Source of the DNA: Kineococcus radiotolerans SRS30216 = ATCC BAA-149
GTDB lineage: Bacteria > Actinomycetota > Actinomycetes > Actinomycetales > Kineococcaceae
Reading direction: 5' to 3'
DNA: 32,000 nucleotides
Assembly (NCBI RefSeq): GCF_000017305.1
Contig: NC_009806.1
Location: forward strand, 150,573-182,572
Each line of letters opens with the position of its first letter. The first letter of the stretch is position 1. Under the pieces are notes generated by a model. It ran no database searches. It had not been told where the DNA came from and saw nothing but the letters and a program-made list of their open reading frames with translations. Below are positions 16,250-24,846 of this stretch, in pieces. The position numbers and the translations under genes were made by a program.

Positions 16250-16292
16250 CCGCGTTCGCGGTCATCCCGCGTTGATGGTGCGTTCTGGCGGT
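16250..16292. repeat. Dispersed CCGCGTT repeat element, copy 2 (two half-sites 17 bp apart)
   Basis: Sequence CCGCGTTCGCGGTCATCCCGCGTTGATGGTGCG. A related single site, CCCGCGTTGTG, lies at 16210-16220. Confidence 0.7.
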
Positions 16293-16308
16293 CACCAACT
16301 GGACGTGG

Positions 16309-17298
16309 TCATCGCCGCGGCGTGGTCAGCCGTTGCTCCAGCCAGCGCAACGTCTGCAGCCCCTGCTCGCGCTGCATCACGCGCAATCCAGGGATCGCCG
16401 CTACCTCCGGCAGGTGGCCCTCACGCCAGCACCGCCCCGCCAGACCGGCGAGAGCCACGTTCACGGCGTCGGCAGGAGCATCCGCCCAGCAAGAGGTCTC
16501 CAGCAGCTCCTGTGGGTCGTGCCCGTCCGCGGCCACGTCGGGAGCCAGGCGCACCAGGTCCAGCCAGCCCGGAGCACTCCACCGGTGCGTCCAGTCCACG
16601 ATGCGCAACCGCCCACCCGGCTCGCGCATCACGTTGTCGCGGCGCAGGTCCCCGTGGTGCAACGCCGCCCCAGCCATGAGGGTCGGCAGCCAGCGGCTCT
16701 CCAGCTCTGCCAGCTGCTCCACCGCCACGTCGACGGGCAACGGACGCCCCCGCACGTGCTCGACGGTTACCGCGCCCGGGTCACCGGGGGCAGGACCGGC
16801 GGCCAACGCCTGCCATGTGCCCAGCAACGGTGTGAACGCCTCGGCGAAGGGCGTGATCCCTGGCGTGGGGGAAGGGTCGAGGCGCGCACGCATCCGCTTC
16901 ACCACCTTCAGCAGAGCTGGGAGGTCCTCACTGCGCCAGGTGCTGACGGTCGCACCGTCCAGCACCTCGTAGGCGGCGACCCGCCAGGAACCGCACGCCA
17001 TTGATCCCCGCAGCTGCGGCCCGAGGTCGCCGACGACGTTGGCGAGCGCCGCACCCGCTTCGACGGCCTCACCCATCCCATCGCCGAGGGCAGCAGCCTT
17101 GATGAAGAGCCGCCGTCCGCGGGCGTCGACGACGGTGGAGGCGATGGAGGCGGTGAACCCCGCCGCCGCAGGGAGCTCCACCACGGGTGGGCCGCCGAGG
17201 AAGCCGGCCACCGCCTCACGGACCTCGGCCGGTGCAGCGGCCAGGGTCGGTCGCAGGACAGCAGGACCCTCAGCTCTCACGACGCCATGCTCCCGCAC
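16309..17298 (-). CDS. Aminoglycoside/choline-kinase-type phosphotransferase (APH family, protein-kinase-like fold)
   Basis: HHGDLRRDNVM (Brenner HGDxxxxN motif) and RIVDWTHRWSAPGWLDL are present. Start is uncertain (GTG 17298 or 17280). Confidence 0.7.
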   Translation of the reverse strand: MREHGVVRAEGPAVLRPTLAAAPAEVREAVAGFLGGPPVVELPAAAGFTASIASTVVDARGRRLFIKAAALGDGMGEAVEAGAALANVVGDLGPQLRGSMACGSWRVAAYEVLDGATVSTWRSEDLPALLKVVKRMRARLDPSPTPGITPFAEAFTPLLGTWQALAAGPAPGDPGAVTVEHVRGRPLPVDVAVEQLAELESRWLPTLMAGAALHHGDLRRDNVMREPGGRLRIVDWTHRWSAPGWLDLVRLAPDVAADGHDPQELLETSCWADAPADAVNVALAGLAGRCWREGHLPEVAAIPGLRVMQREQGLQTLRWLEQRLTTPRR

Positions 17299-17309
17299 GC
17301 CTCCCCGGC

Positions 17310-17340
17310 GACTTCACGGTCCTCCCGCGTTGTGCGCGCT
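17310..17340. repeat. Dispersed CCGCGTT repeat element, copy 3, in the divergent kinase/HAD intergenic region
   Basis: Sequence GACTTCACGGTCCTCCCGCGTTGTGCGCG. GACTTCAC recurs at 17357-17364. Confidence 0.6.
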
Positions 17341-17413
17341 GCCGCGGGCAGTCGGTGACTTCACTCATCTGCCGATCTCCGGGCGGTCGAGCACCGTCCT
17401 CTAGGGTCGCCCG

Positions 17414-18073
17414 ATGGTTCAGCAGCAGTGCGTCGTCTTCGACCTCGACGACACCCTGGTGGCCTCCGACTCCTTCGCCCGCTTCCTGGCCTACCTGCTG
17501 CGCCGCTCCCCACCACGCCTGGCCTTGGTGGCACTCACTGCCCCGGGGTGGGTACTGCTCGGCGCCCGCCGCTCCAGTCGACTGCACGCGGATCGCCTCC
17601 TCACCTGGGCCGCCACCGTGGGCCTCAGCCCCGCCCGCTTCGAGGCGCTCCTGCGCACCTTCGCCGCCCAGCACGCCGCCGTCGAAGGCGGTCGACGCAT
17701 CACCATCGCGCTGCAGCGCCTCCACGAGCACCTGGCCGCCGGGGACCGAGTCGTCATCGCCACCGCCTGTGCTGAGCCCTTAGCCCGGGAAGTCTGCAAG
17801 GTCCTGAACCTACGAGGCGTCGAGGTCGTTGCCAGCACCTTCACCGCCCACCGCTGGCGCCTGCCCCACGCCGCGCCCGCCCGCGGCCAGCAGAAGGTTC
17901 AGGCCTTGCAGGACGCCGGTATCCAGCTACCCGTCGATCACGCCTACTCCGACAGCGTCAACGATCTGCCGCTGCTGCGCGCAGCACGCACCGCCCACCT
18001 GGTGCGCCCCTCGAGACGTCACCTGCCCCTGCTGCTGCGCGAGCTGGGCCCAGAAATTGAGGTCCTCAGATGA
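17414..18073 (+). CDS. HAD-superfamily hydrolase (subfamily IB-like phosphatase)
   Basis: Motif I is VVFDLDDTLV; motif IV is YSDSVNDLPLL. Confidence 0.8.
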   Translation: MVQQQCVVFDLDDTLVASDSFARFLAYLLRRSPPRLALVALTAPGWVLLGARRSSRLHADRLLTWAATVGLSPARFEALLRTFAAQHAAVEGGRRITIALQRLHEHLAAGDRVVIATACAEPLAREVCKVLNLRGVEVVASTFTAHRWRLPHAAPARGQQKVQALQDAGIQLPVDHAYSDSVNDLPLLRAARTAHLVRPSRRHLPLLLRELGPEIEVLR

Positions 18074-18089
18074 GTACCAGCCGCCGATG

Positions 18090-18132
18090 CCGCGTTCGGG
18101 GTCAGCCCGCGTTGTGTGCGGTCCCTAGCGGT
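18090..18132. repeat. Dispersed CCGCGTT repeat element, copy 4 (two half-sites 17 bp apart)
   Basis: CCGCGTTCGGGGTCAGCCCGCGTTGTGTGCGGTCC aligns closely with copy 2. Confidence 0.7.
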
Positions 18133-18325
18133 TGGCGACGACCTCACATGCCGAAAGGCGCGCAATCGCGTGGACTGGGCAGCGCCCGCCCTGCGGGGAC
18201 GAGATGGTCCAGCTTGGGGGGCGCCTTCGGGTACGTAGTCAATCAGGACAACAATGTGACGAAACCATTGCAACCCTCGGTCAGGCAGGCATACGTCGCG
18301 TCGAGATGGACAATGGGGTGGAAGG

Positions 18326-19114
18326 CTAAGCCTTCTCGTAGGTCGTGATTTCTAGGCCCAGGCCAGTGTTGTCCCTCCCGTAGACGCGAAGAACCGAATA
18401 TCGACCGTCACTCGTGTAGACGCACATCCATGCGCCAGTCGCGAGGTCAGCTGCCTTAACGTAATTGAATGTGTATGTTCGAGTCGACGAACAGCTCTTG
18501 TAATCGGCCACAGTGTTGCCGAGGTAGGCAATCTTGGCTGGGCTGGCGATGCGGAGGTCACCGTCAACGTTGGTGTAAGCGATGTCCTGGGCTTCCTGCA
18601 GTAAAGGATTCCACCCATAAATAGATTCTTTTACGTCCAAGTCCAGCCCAGAATTGTCGGGGCGTAGGACAGCCTGACCGGTGTGCCGGATCGCAGGATC
18701 CATTGAGATGCTCTCTGGTGCAGTACCGACGACAGCATCCACTTGGGCTTGCAAAGTTTCGTTCGCCGCGGTCAGGGATGAAACACGGGTCGTCAGGTCA
18801 CCGACTTGGTTTTTAAGATCGTCGATGGTCGTGCGCTGGCCCGCGATGGTGTCGTCGCGCTGTTGAACAGTCTGATTGCGCTCGGTGAGCTGCGTCTGAA
18901 GCCGCGATGCGTCGTCAGACTTATCCTTAATCACCCAGCCGAGCACGATCACGATTACACCTAGCCCGGTGGCGACCCATTGGATCCACTTGCCGCTCTC
19001 GTCACGCATCCCCGCAATGCGTGCGTACCAACGTGGTCGCGGCGCTGGCGTGGGAGGCGTGGGAGGCGTGGGGGTGGGGGTAGGTGTACCGCCCGTGCCG
19101 CCAGCTGTGCTCAT
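18326..19114 (-). CDS. Membrane-anchored coiled-coil protein with a P/T-rich N-terminus; low-GC gene
   Basis: ATG at 19114 with AGGAG upstream. PTPTPTPPTPPTP precedes the TM helix WVATGLGVIVIVLGWVI, a heptad-like region and a beta-rich C-terminal domain. Hand counts give 43-57% GC in 60-nt blocks. Confidence 0.6.
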   Translation of the reverse strand: MSTAGGTGGTPTPTPTPPTPPTPAPRPRWYARIAGMRDESGKWIQWVATGLGVIVIVLGWVIKDKSDDASRLQTQLTERNQTVQQRDDTIAGQRTTIDDLKNQVGDLTTRVSSLTAANETLQAQVDAVVGTAPESISMDPAIRHTGQAVLRPDNSGLDLDVKESIYGWNPLLQEAQDIAYTNVDGDLRIASPAKIAYLGNTVADYKSCSSTRTYTFNYVKAADLATGAWMCVYTSDGRYSVLRVYGRDNTGLGLEITTYEKA

Positions 19115-19326
19115 CGTGCTCCTGTTGCTCCATGTGGGTGTGCTGAGCACACGGTAGGGGACGGGTCCGACGCGACCGCGCGGTTACGTGAATCTGCATA
19201 CGAAGGTGGCAGCAGGTAGGCGGAAGCGGTCGCGAGGCATAACCGGACCGTAGCGGGACAGTTGCCCGCGTCCACCACATCGCCGGCGCGGCCGAGACGG
19301 CCTCCGGATGTCGTTGCAGTGGCAGG

Positions 19327-19827
19327 GTGGCTGCCATGTCGAAGCGGGTGCCGCTCAGGGGCGAGGAGAAGGCGAGCCTGCACATCAGCCTCGACCGTCA
19401 CCGCGACGCCGTCTTGTGGAAGCTGGAAGGGCTCGACGAGGAGCAGTTGCGCCGGCCCATGACACCGACAGGCACCAACCTGCTGGGGCTGGTGAAGCAC
19501 CTCGCCGGGGTCGAGTACGAGTGGCTGCCCAAGACCTACGGCCGAGCGACCGAGCCGCTGGAGACCGACGTCGTCGCCGACATGAACGCCGGCCCGCACG
19601 AGTCCACCGCCGACATCGTCGCTTTCTATGGACGCGCCCGGGCCGCGTCCGATGCGGTGATCGCGGAGCATGGCATCGATGACGTCGGCACGGCGTGGTT
19701 CGGTGAGCAGGTCAGCCTGCGTCGGGTTCTCATCGGCTTGGTCGAGGAGACCGCTCGCCACGCCGGGCACATGGACATCCTGCGCGAGCTCATCGACGGA
19801 GCCATCGGAAGCCACCGGCCGGACTGA
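19327..19827 (+). CDS. DinB-family (DUF664/mycothiol-transferase-like) protein
   Basis: LLGLVKHLAGVE and ETARHAGHMDILRELIDG are typical DinB_2/DUF664 His-containing motifs. Start is 19327 (GTG) or 19336 (ATG). Confidence 0.75.
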   Translation: MAAMSKRVPLRGEEKASLHISLDRHRDAVLWKLEGLDEEQLRRPMTPTGTNLLGLVKHLAGVEYEWLPKTYGRATEPLETDVVADMNAGPHESTADIVAFYGRARAASDAVIAEHGIDDVGTAWFGEQVSLRRVLIGLVEETARHAGHMDILRELIDGAIGSHRPD

Positions 19828-19873
19828 GCATTGGGCGCGGCTTGACACACCTGTCTGTTGATCGCACGGCCAT

Positions 19874-19897
19874 GCCGCCGTCCGCGCTATCGGCGGC
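19874..19897. terminator. Stem-loop between convergent genes
   Basis: GCCGCCG (19874-19880) pairs with CGGCGGC (19891-19897). Confidence 0.35.
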
Positions 19898-19944
19898 CAG
19901 CTCGCGGACGCGGAGCGTGACATGCCGGGCGGGCGGGGGCACCC

Positions 19945-20255
19945 CTAGATGCGCGCGCCGGGGTCGTCTGGCAGGGCATCGAGCATGGCGATGCCGTCTT
20001 CCGGGGTGACCTGCAGCCGCCCCATCTGAGCGGCGTCGTCCCAGACCAGAAGACCGAAAATCTCGAAGTCAGCCAGGCACTGCGCGGCGGCGAGGTCGTC
20101 GACCTGCCCCTCGACGTGGAAGCTATGCAGCGACTCCCAGTAGGGCGGGACGCCGGGTTGCGCCATCCGCCACGGCGTGATGCCGAAGCGCGGTACTCCT
20201 CGAAAGACAGGCCGAGGGTCTGTGCTGGGAGGTCGATCGTCGGGCTGTCGCTCAT
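19945..20255 (-). pseudogene. Frameshifted small gene
   Basis: ATG at 20255 has AGGAG 10 nt upstream, and the first 22 codons have 19/22 GC3 (MSDSPTIDLPAQTLGLSFEEYR). From about 20190 the high-GC3 frame is the one ending at 19945 (...FGITPWRMAQPGVPPYWESLHSFHVEG...). Length is 311 nt. Confidence 0.5.
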
Positions 20256-20295
20256 GGCACAAGTCTCCTGGTCGGATCGGTGCTGGCGTGGTTGA

Positions 20296-20487
20296 TCAAC
20301 GGCGCGCGTCGCGGCGGCGCCGTTCCTCTTGGACGAGGTCCGTGGTCCCCACCAACAGGAACGGGATCCCGAACACGATGGGAATGACGAACAGGACCTG
20401 GGCGGGGCTGGTGATGGTGAGGTGCCAGAAGACGCCGAATGCGGTCAGGGCGAGTCCAGCGACGGCGAGTAGGGCGTGGCGCTTCAC
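20296..20487 (-). CDS. Small two-TM membrane protein
   Basis: LLAVAGLALTAFGVFW and VLFVIPIVFGIPFLLVG are hydrophobic helices. GTG start with AGGAG 5 nt upstream. Confidence 0.5.
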   Translation of the reverse strand: MKRHALLAVAGLALTAFGVFWHLTITSPAQVLFVIPIVFGIPFLLVGTTDLVQEERRRRDARR

Positions 20488-20517
20488 GAGAGCTCCTGGG
20501 TCTGTGCGGGTGGGCGG

Positions 20518-20733
20518 TCAGATGATCGCGGCCTGGACGATGCGCCGGCATGCCGTCAGGACGGCGCCGGCGGCGTTCTGGTCGGGCAGGCGCGTCCCGG
20601 GGTCAGCGTCGTCCTTGGCCGCGGTGTAGAGGGTCTCGGCGTACTCGGTCACCAGCTCAGCCTGCTCGGCGGTGACACGGATGACTCGGGACCCGTCGGC
20701 GCGGCGGTTGGCGACGTCGAGGGCGTCGAACAC
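20518..20733 (-). CDS. Hypothetical small protein
   Basis: High-GC3 frame. GTG at 20733 has no clear RBS, so the start is uncertain. Confidence 0.4.
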   Translation of the reverse strand: MFDALDVANRRADGSRVIRVTAEQAELVTEYAETLYTAAKDDADPGTRLPDQNAAGAVLTACRRIVQAAII

Positions 20734-20878
20734 CGCGGAGTGGACGACGTCGAGGGGAGCCTGTGGCGCGGGCGGGGATGCGGAGCTGGTGTGTAGTCAC
20801 GCTGGGCTCCTCGCTGTCGATGCCGACGGGTGCGGTGCCGCGCCAGAGCTCGTCGGCCCCGGCGCGGCGGTCAGGCAG

Positions 20879-21322
20879 TCAGTGGACGAGACGCCAGCCG
20901 AACCCGTAGTCGATGTCCGCGCGGCCCTGCTTCTGGAGCTGGAGGAGACCGGCGCGGAGGGTGTCGACATCGATGCCGGTGCGCTCGACCAGTACGCCGA
21001 ACGCGATGGGGTCACGATGCAGGCACCCGACGATGCGGTCGAGGGTGTCGGCGGGCAGGGGCGCGGCGGGCGGCTCGAAGGTGCCGCGTGCGCCTTCCGG
21101 CTCGACGACCTCGACGAGCGCCCATCCTTCGTTCACCTCGTCCTGGGAGTGCTGGGGGGACCACTGCTCGATGCCGCACGACCTGCCGGTGCGCTTCACG
21201 ACGCGGCGCGCGGCGGCCTTCGTGTTGGCGCGGGTGTCGTAGCCCCTGGATTCGCCGTCGGCGGTGAGGGTGCGCCACACCCTGCTGGGGGCGGCGGTGT
21301 TGGTGGCGGTCTGAGCGGTCAC
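20879..21322 (-). CDS. Hypothetical protein with a C-terminal winged-helix-like domain
   Basis: LDRIVGCLHRDPIAFGVLVERTGIDVDTLRAGLLQLQKQGRADIDYG resembles a wHTH. GTG at 21322 with GGAG 9 nt upstream. Confidence 0.55.
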   Translation of the reverse strand: MTAQTATNTAAPSRVWRTLTADGESRGYDTRANTKAAARRVVKRTGRSCGIEQWSPQHSQDEVNEGWALVEVVEPEGARGTFEPPAAPLPADTLDRIVGCLHRDPIAFGVLVERTGIDVDTLRAGLLQLQKQGRADIDYGFGWRLVH

Positions 21323-21404
21323 GATAGGGCTCCAAGGGCTCGCTGGCGGGCGTTGCGGGATGCGATGAGGTTGAGGCCGGTGTCGGCCAGGCCGTCCGGA
21401 GGCG

Positions 21405-21716
21405 TCAGAGGGAGAAGACGCGGTTGACCAAGCCGGGGTCGTCGCAGGCGGTCACCCTTGCCTCATAGGTCGCGTCGTCGCAGCGGCCGGTGCCGGTGAA
21501 GGGGTAGATGTGCTCCATGACCCACTCGTCGTACTCGGCGGCCCTCTCGTCGAGGGTGGGCGGCGCGGGGATCGTCTCGTCGTCGACGGTGGTGACGACG
21601 ACCTCGTCGGCGTAGGCGTTCTCGACGCGCAGGCTCACGGTGATCGTCCGAGGCGGCAGGACGCTCCGCGCGGTGCCGGTGGATGCCTGCTCGGCGGGGG
21701 TGGTCGGGGTGGTCAT
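21405..21716 (-). CDS. Hypothetical protein
   Basis: ATG at 21716 with GGAGGA upstream. It is the first gene after module copy F. Confidence 0.6.
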   Translation of the reverse strand: MTTPTTPAEQASTGTARSVLPPRTITVSLRVENAYADEVVVTTVDDETIPAPPTLDERAAEYDEWVMEHIYPFTGTGRCDDATYEARVTACDDPGLVNRVFSL

Positions 21717-21737
21717 GGTTCCTCCGGTAGATGGGGG

Positions 21738-21776
21738 GTCGCTGTCCTCCAACACCACAAACCATAGCACACTAGT
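21738..21776 (-). promoter_or_regulatory. Conserved promoter/leader module, copy F
   Basis: Minus strand reads ACTAGTGTGCTATGGTTTGTGGTGTTGGAGGACAGCGACCCCCC. It is nearly identical to copy E down to the start codon. Confidence 0.7.
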
Positions 21777-21862
21777 AGTGTGTCGGCATCTCATCGACAC
21801 CCACGAAGCGGGCACCAGATGCAGACGACCGGCGCTCGCTGTCGCGCCCCGGGTGGAGCCGC

Positions 21863-22489
21863 TCAGCGGCCGTCGCGCAGGATCTGGCGCTCGAAGACCA
21901 TGTGCAGGTCGGCCTCGGTGTTCGCGGCCGTCTCGGTGGCCTCGGCGGCGTCCGCCGTGACCGGCTGCTCCTCGTCAGCTTCACCGGCTTCCTCGGCGGC
22001 GGGGTGGTCCGCACACCACCCGTCGTCGTCCAACGTCCCCGGCGCCACCTGCTCGAAGCACCCCTGGCACTCCGGCTCCGTCGCGTGGAGCTCGGGCAGC
22101 TCACGACCCGTAGCGAGCCTGAACCGCTCCCGGTAGGACCAGGCTCGATCCCCGTCGGCCACGCTCGGGCGGTTGGAGACCGTCAGGATGCTCGCCACGC
22201 TGCCCAGGAAGTCCGCGCCGCCGTCCCAGGTCGGGGTGGTCCCCAGCAGGGCCGCGAGGTGGTCCACGGTGAGGCGGTCGGCCAGGAGGGCGGCGTGCTC
22301 GTCGGCGGGGACGGTCACCACACCGCCGGCGACGCGGGCCGCGACGGCGTGCGTCGCGTCGTCCACCACTCGGTCAGCGTCGGCCACGTCGGCGGGCAGC
22401 GCACCCACGTCGGCCAGGGCGGCGCGGATCGCGTCGTTCAGCGCGGCGAGTTGGTCGGAGGTGAAGACGGGGGAGGTGGTCGTGGTCAC
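21863..22489 (-). CDS. Hypothetical protein with an acidic C-terminus
   Basis: GTG at 22489. The translation is coherent, with a CQGC...WC motif and an EEAGEADEEQP tail. Confidence 0.55.
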   Translation of the reverse strand: MTTTTSPVFTSDQLAALNDAIRAALADVGALPADVADADRVVDDATHAVAARVAGGVVTVPADEHAALLADRLTVDHLAALLGTTPTWDGGADFLGSVASILTVSNRPSVADGDRAWSYRERFRLATGRELPELHATEPECQGCFEQVAPGTLDDDGWCADHPAAEEAGEADEEQPVTADAAEATETAANTEADLHMVFERQILRDGR

Positions 22490-22566
22490 GGCGGGGTGTG
22501 CTCCTGTCGGGTGGGGGGTCGGGGCCGGCTACGCGGTCCGGGATGAGGTGGTGCGGGCGGGGGGCG

Positions 22567-23181
22567 TCAGGCGGTGGGGGCGTACACGCGGTCGTTGCGG
22601 CACGCGAAGTCGTGCGCGGCCTGGTCGTCGTGACCTTCGGCGCGGTGCGCGACGTAGGCGCACTGGAACCCGACCCACCTACGGAACTCGGCCACGGCGT
22701 CGTCGTGCGGCTGCCCACCCCACCGGCCGACGAACGCGATGCCCTCGGACACGTCCGCGTCGTCGTGCGGGTCCAGTGCGGCCTTGACCGCGTTCAGCCG
22801 CAGCTTGGCGTCCAGCTCGGCGCGCGGGACGTACCGATACGACGACGTGCTGCGGTGCGAGCCGTCCGGGCGGATCGTGATGGACTGCCACGACGGGCCG
22901 TCCGCCTCCGGGGCCAGCCACGCCACCGTGGTCCATCCTCGCAGGGTGACGGTCACTGGGGTCATCCCCTCGGTCTGCGCGGCGGCGGCCCACGTCGTGA
23001 CCTGCTCCGCGACGGCCTCACGCGCTTCGGCGGCGGTCTTGCGGGTCGCGACGAAGGGGCCGAACCGCACCTCCGAACCGGTGACCTGGCTGGTGTAGTC
23101 GGGGGCGAGGGTGGTCTTGCCGCGCTCGTGGACGGCCTCGACGGTGAGCTTCACGGCGTTGCGGGAGGTGGGGAAGTACAT
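22567..23181 (-). CDS. Hypothetical protein
   Basis: ATG at 23181 with AAGGAG 7 nt upstream. The translation is coherent. Confidence 0.6.
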   Translation of the reverse strand: MYFPTSRNAVKLTVEAVHERGKTTLAPDYTSQVTGSEVRFGPFVATRKTAAEAREAVAEQVTTWAAAAQTEGMTPVTVTLRGWTTVAWLAPEADGPSWQSITIRPDGSHRSTSSYRYVPRAELDAKLRLNAVKAALDPHDDADVSEGIAFVGRWGGQPHDDAVAEFRRWVGFQCAYVAHRAEGHDDQAAHDFACRNDRVYAPTA

Positions 23182-23230
23182 GGTGTGCTCCTTCGTGTCG
23201 TGGTGGCCCGGTTCGCTGCGGGCGGTGGGG

Positions 23231-23257
23231 CCGCCCCGGTCGTCTGTGCCGGGGCGG
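23231..23257 (-). terminator. 9-bp GC stem-loop after gene 23269-24030
   Basis: CCGCCCCGG-TCGTCTGTG-CCGGGGCGG. Confidence 0.4.
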
Positions 23258-23268
23258 GGTCGAGCTAG

Positions 23269-24030
23269 TCAGGCGGCGCGGAGCTTGCCGGCCTTCTTGC
23301 TCGCCTTCGCCTGAGCGGCCGTCAGCAGCTCACGCGCATCTGTCCCCTGCTTCGCGGCCAGGGCCAGCGCGGCGCGGCCAGCGAATGCGGACCATCCGAC
23401 GGCGTAGGGGTGGTCCTCGCCGTACCAGGCCAGGTCGAACAGGACTTCGGCGAGCTTGCGCTGCGCGGCGACCGCGGTCTTGACCGGGCGGCCCTCGTCA
23501 TCCAGCAGCGGGGAACCGTCGGCTGCGGTGATGGTTTTCTCGGCGGCCTTGGCGCGCTTCGCGGCCAGTCCGGCGGCGCGTTCAGCCTGCTCGGCGCGGT
23601 CGCGCAGCTCGTCGGCGGTGAACACGGTGCGGGGGGTCACCGGGGCGCCGGGGAAGCAGACGGTGCAGGCGTCCTCCCCGATCACGTTGACCACGGCGTC
23701 GTGGTCGAGGCCGGATAGGTCCGCCAGGACGGCGAACCGGGTGGTGACGTAGCAGGTGGAGCACGAGGTGGAGGCGTGGACGTGACCCTTGCCGTTGGTG
23801 ATCGCCAGGTAGGTGCGGGTCCAGCCGCTGCGGCGGTCCCATTCGCCGCGGTACGGGGCCTCGGCGGCGGTGGCGACTGCGACTGCGGCCTCGCGGCGGG
23901 CGATGACTGCCTCGGTGCCGTGGATGCTCTGGCGGGCGACGGACAGGCCGGTCTCGGCGTTCTGAGTAGCGGCCATGAGGGGGAACCATGCCGCGTCGAT
24001 CTCGGCGGGGGTGGCGGTGGTGAGGTTCAT
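23269..24030 (-). CDS. Hypothetical protein
   Basis: ATG at 24030 with GGAGGA upstream. Contains a Cys cluster (CSTC...CTVC) and a basic alanine-rich C-terminus. Confidence 0.6.
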   Translation of the reverse strand: MNLTTATPAEIDAAWFPLMAATQNAETGLSVARQSIHGTEAVIARREAAVAVATAAEAPYRGEWDRRSGWTRTYLAITNGKGHVHASTSCSTCYVTTRFAVLADLSGLDHDAVVNVIGEDACTVCFPGAPVTPRTVFTADELRDRAEQAERAAGLAAKRAKAAEKTITAADGSPLLDDEGRPVKTAVAAQRKLAEVLFDLAWYGEDHPYAVGWSAFAGRAALALAAKQGTDARELLTAAQAKASKKAGKLRAA

Positions 24031-24056
24031 GGTGGTCCTCCGTGGTGCGGCCCGGG

Positions 24057-24094
24057 GTGACGTCCTCCAACACCACAAACCATAGCACACTAGG
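24057..24094 (-). promoter_or_regulatory. Conserved promoter/leader module, copy G
   Basis: Minus strand reads CCTAGTGTGCTATGGTTTGTGGTGTTGGAGGACGTCAC. Block 2 is partly replaced. Confidence 0.6.
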
Positions 24095-24174
24095 CTAGAG
24101 GCCACTAGGCACATCCCGAACCGTCGAGGTGGGCGTGGGTTGTCGTCCCGGCGGGACCGCGAGCACCGCCTCGG

Positions 24175-24846
24175 TTACGCGCTGGAGCCGAGCAACGCGT
24201 CTGCCCGGCGGGCCGTCTCCACCTCACGCGCCCACGACGGCCAGGCTGAACTGCAGGCCGCGCACGACGGCATCCGACGGGCTGCGACCTCACGGAACGG
24301 GCGACCGACATGGCGGCCGCACTCGGTCAACGCATCCCCCACCCGCACCGCGTGCACGCGCGCTGGCTCCTCAGCGTGCTGGACGTAGCGCCAGGTCGGC
24401 AGGTCCGGCAGCAAGGCCACCAGACTCGCCGGATCCATTCTCCACGCCGCCAGACGCGCGAGCTGCTCCCCGATGCCCCCGGTTCCCGCCAGGGCGTCCA
24501 GGGCTCGCGGCCAGACGGCGCCCACCTTGCGGGCGTAGGCGCTCCCGGCCAGGACGATGACGTGGGCGGTGTCGAGCAGGTCGGCGCGCTTGGCCTGCTC
24601 CCGCACGATGCGCTCAGGAACCGCGATCGGAGAGTCCATGCGCAGCTCGTACGGGGCGACCTCGGCGTCGAGGGTCAGCAGGCCGTGCTTGGCGGACAGG
24701 ATGCGAACGCGGTCCGCAGGGCCGACGGTCAGCGCCGTCGCCAGGCAGGCGCGGAAGTAGCTGCCGATGTAGAGGTCTCGCGCCGGCCTCAGAGAGTCCG
24801 CCTTCTTCCCTCCGCAGGGGATGATGACGAGGGGCTGCGTGGTCAT
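24175..24846 (-). CDS. DUF6884-like protein (recalled family; function unknown)
   Basis: VIIPCGGKKADSLRPARDLYIGSYFR...ILSAKHGL resembles the N-terminal signature I recall for DUF6884 proteins of actinophages and mobile elements. ATG at 24846 with AAGGAG upstream. Confidence 0.5.
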   Translation of the reverse strand: MTTQPLVIIPCGGKKADSLRPARDLYIGSYFRACLATALTVGPADRVRILSAKHGLLTLDAEVAPYELRMDSPIAVPERIVREQAKRADLLDTAHVIVLAGSAYARKVGAVWPRALDALAGTGGIGEQLARLAAWRMDPASLVALLPDLPTWRYVQHAEEPARVHAVRVGDALTECGRHVGRPFREVAARRMPSCAACSSAWPSWAREVETARRADALLGSSA

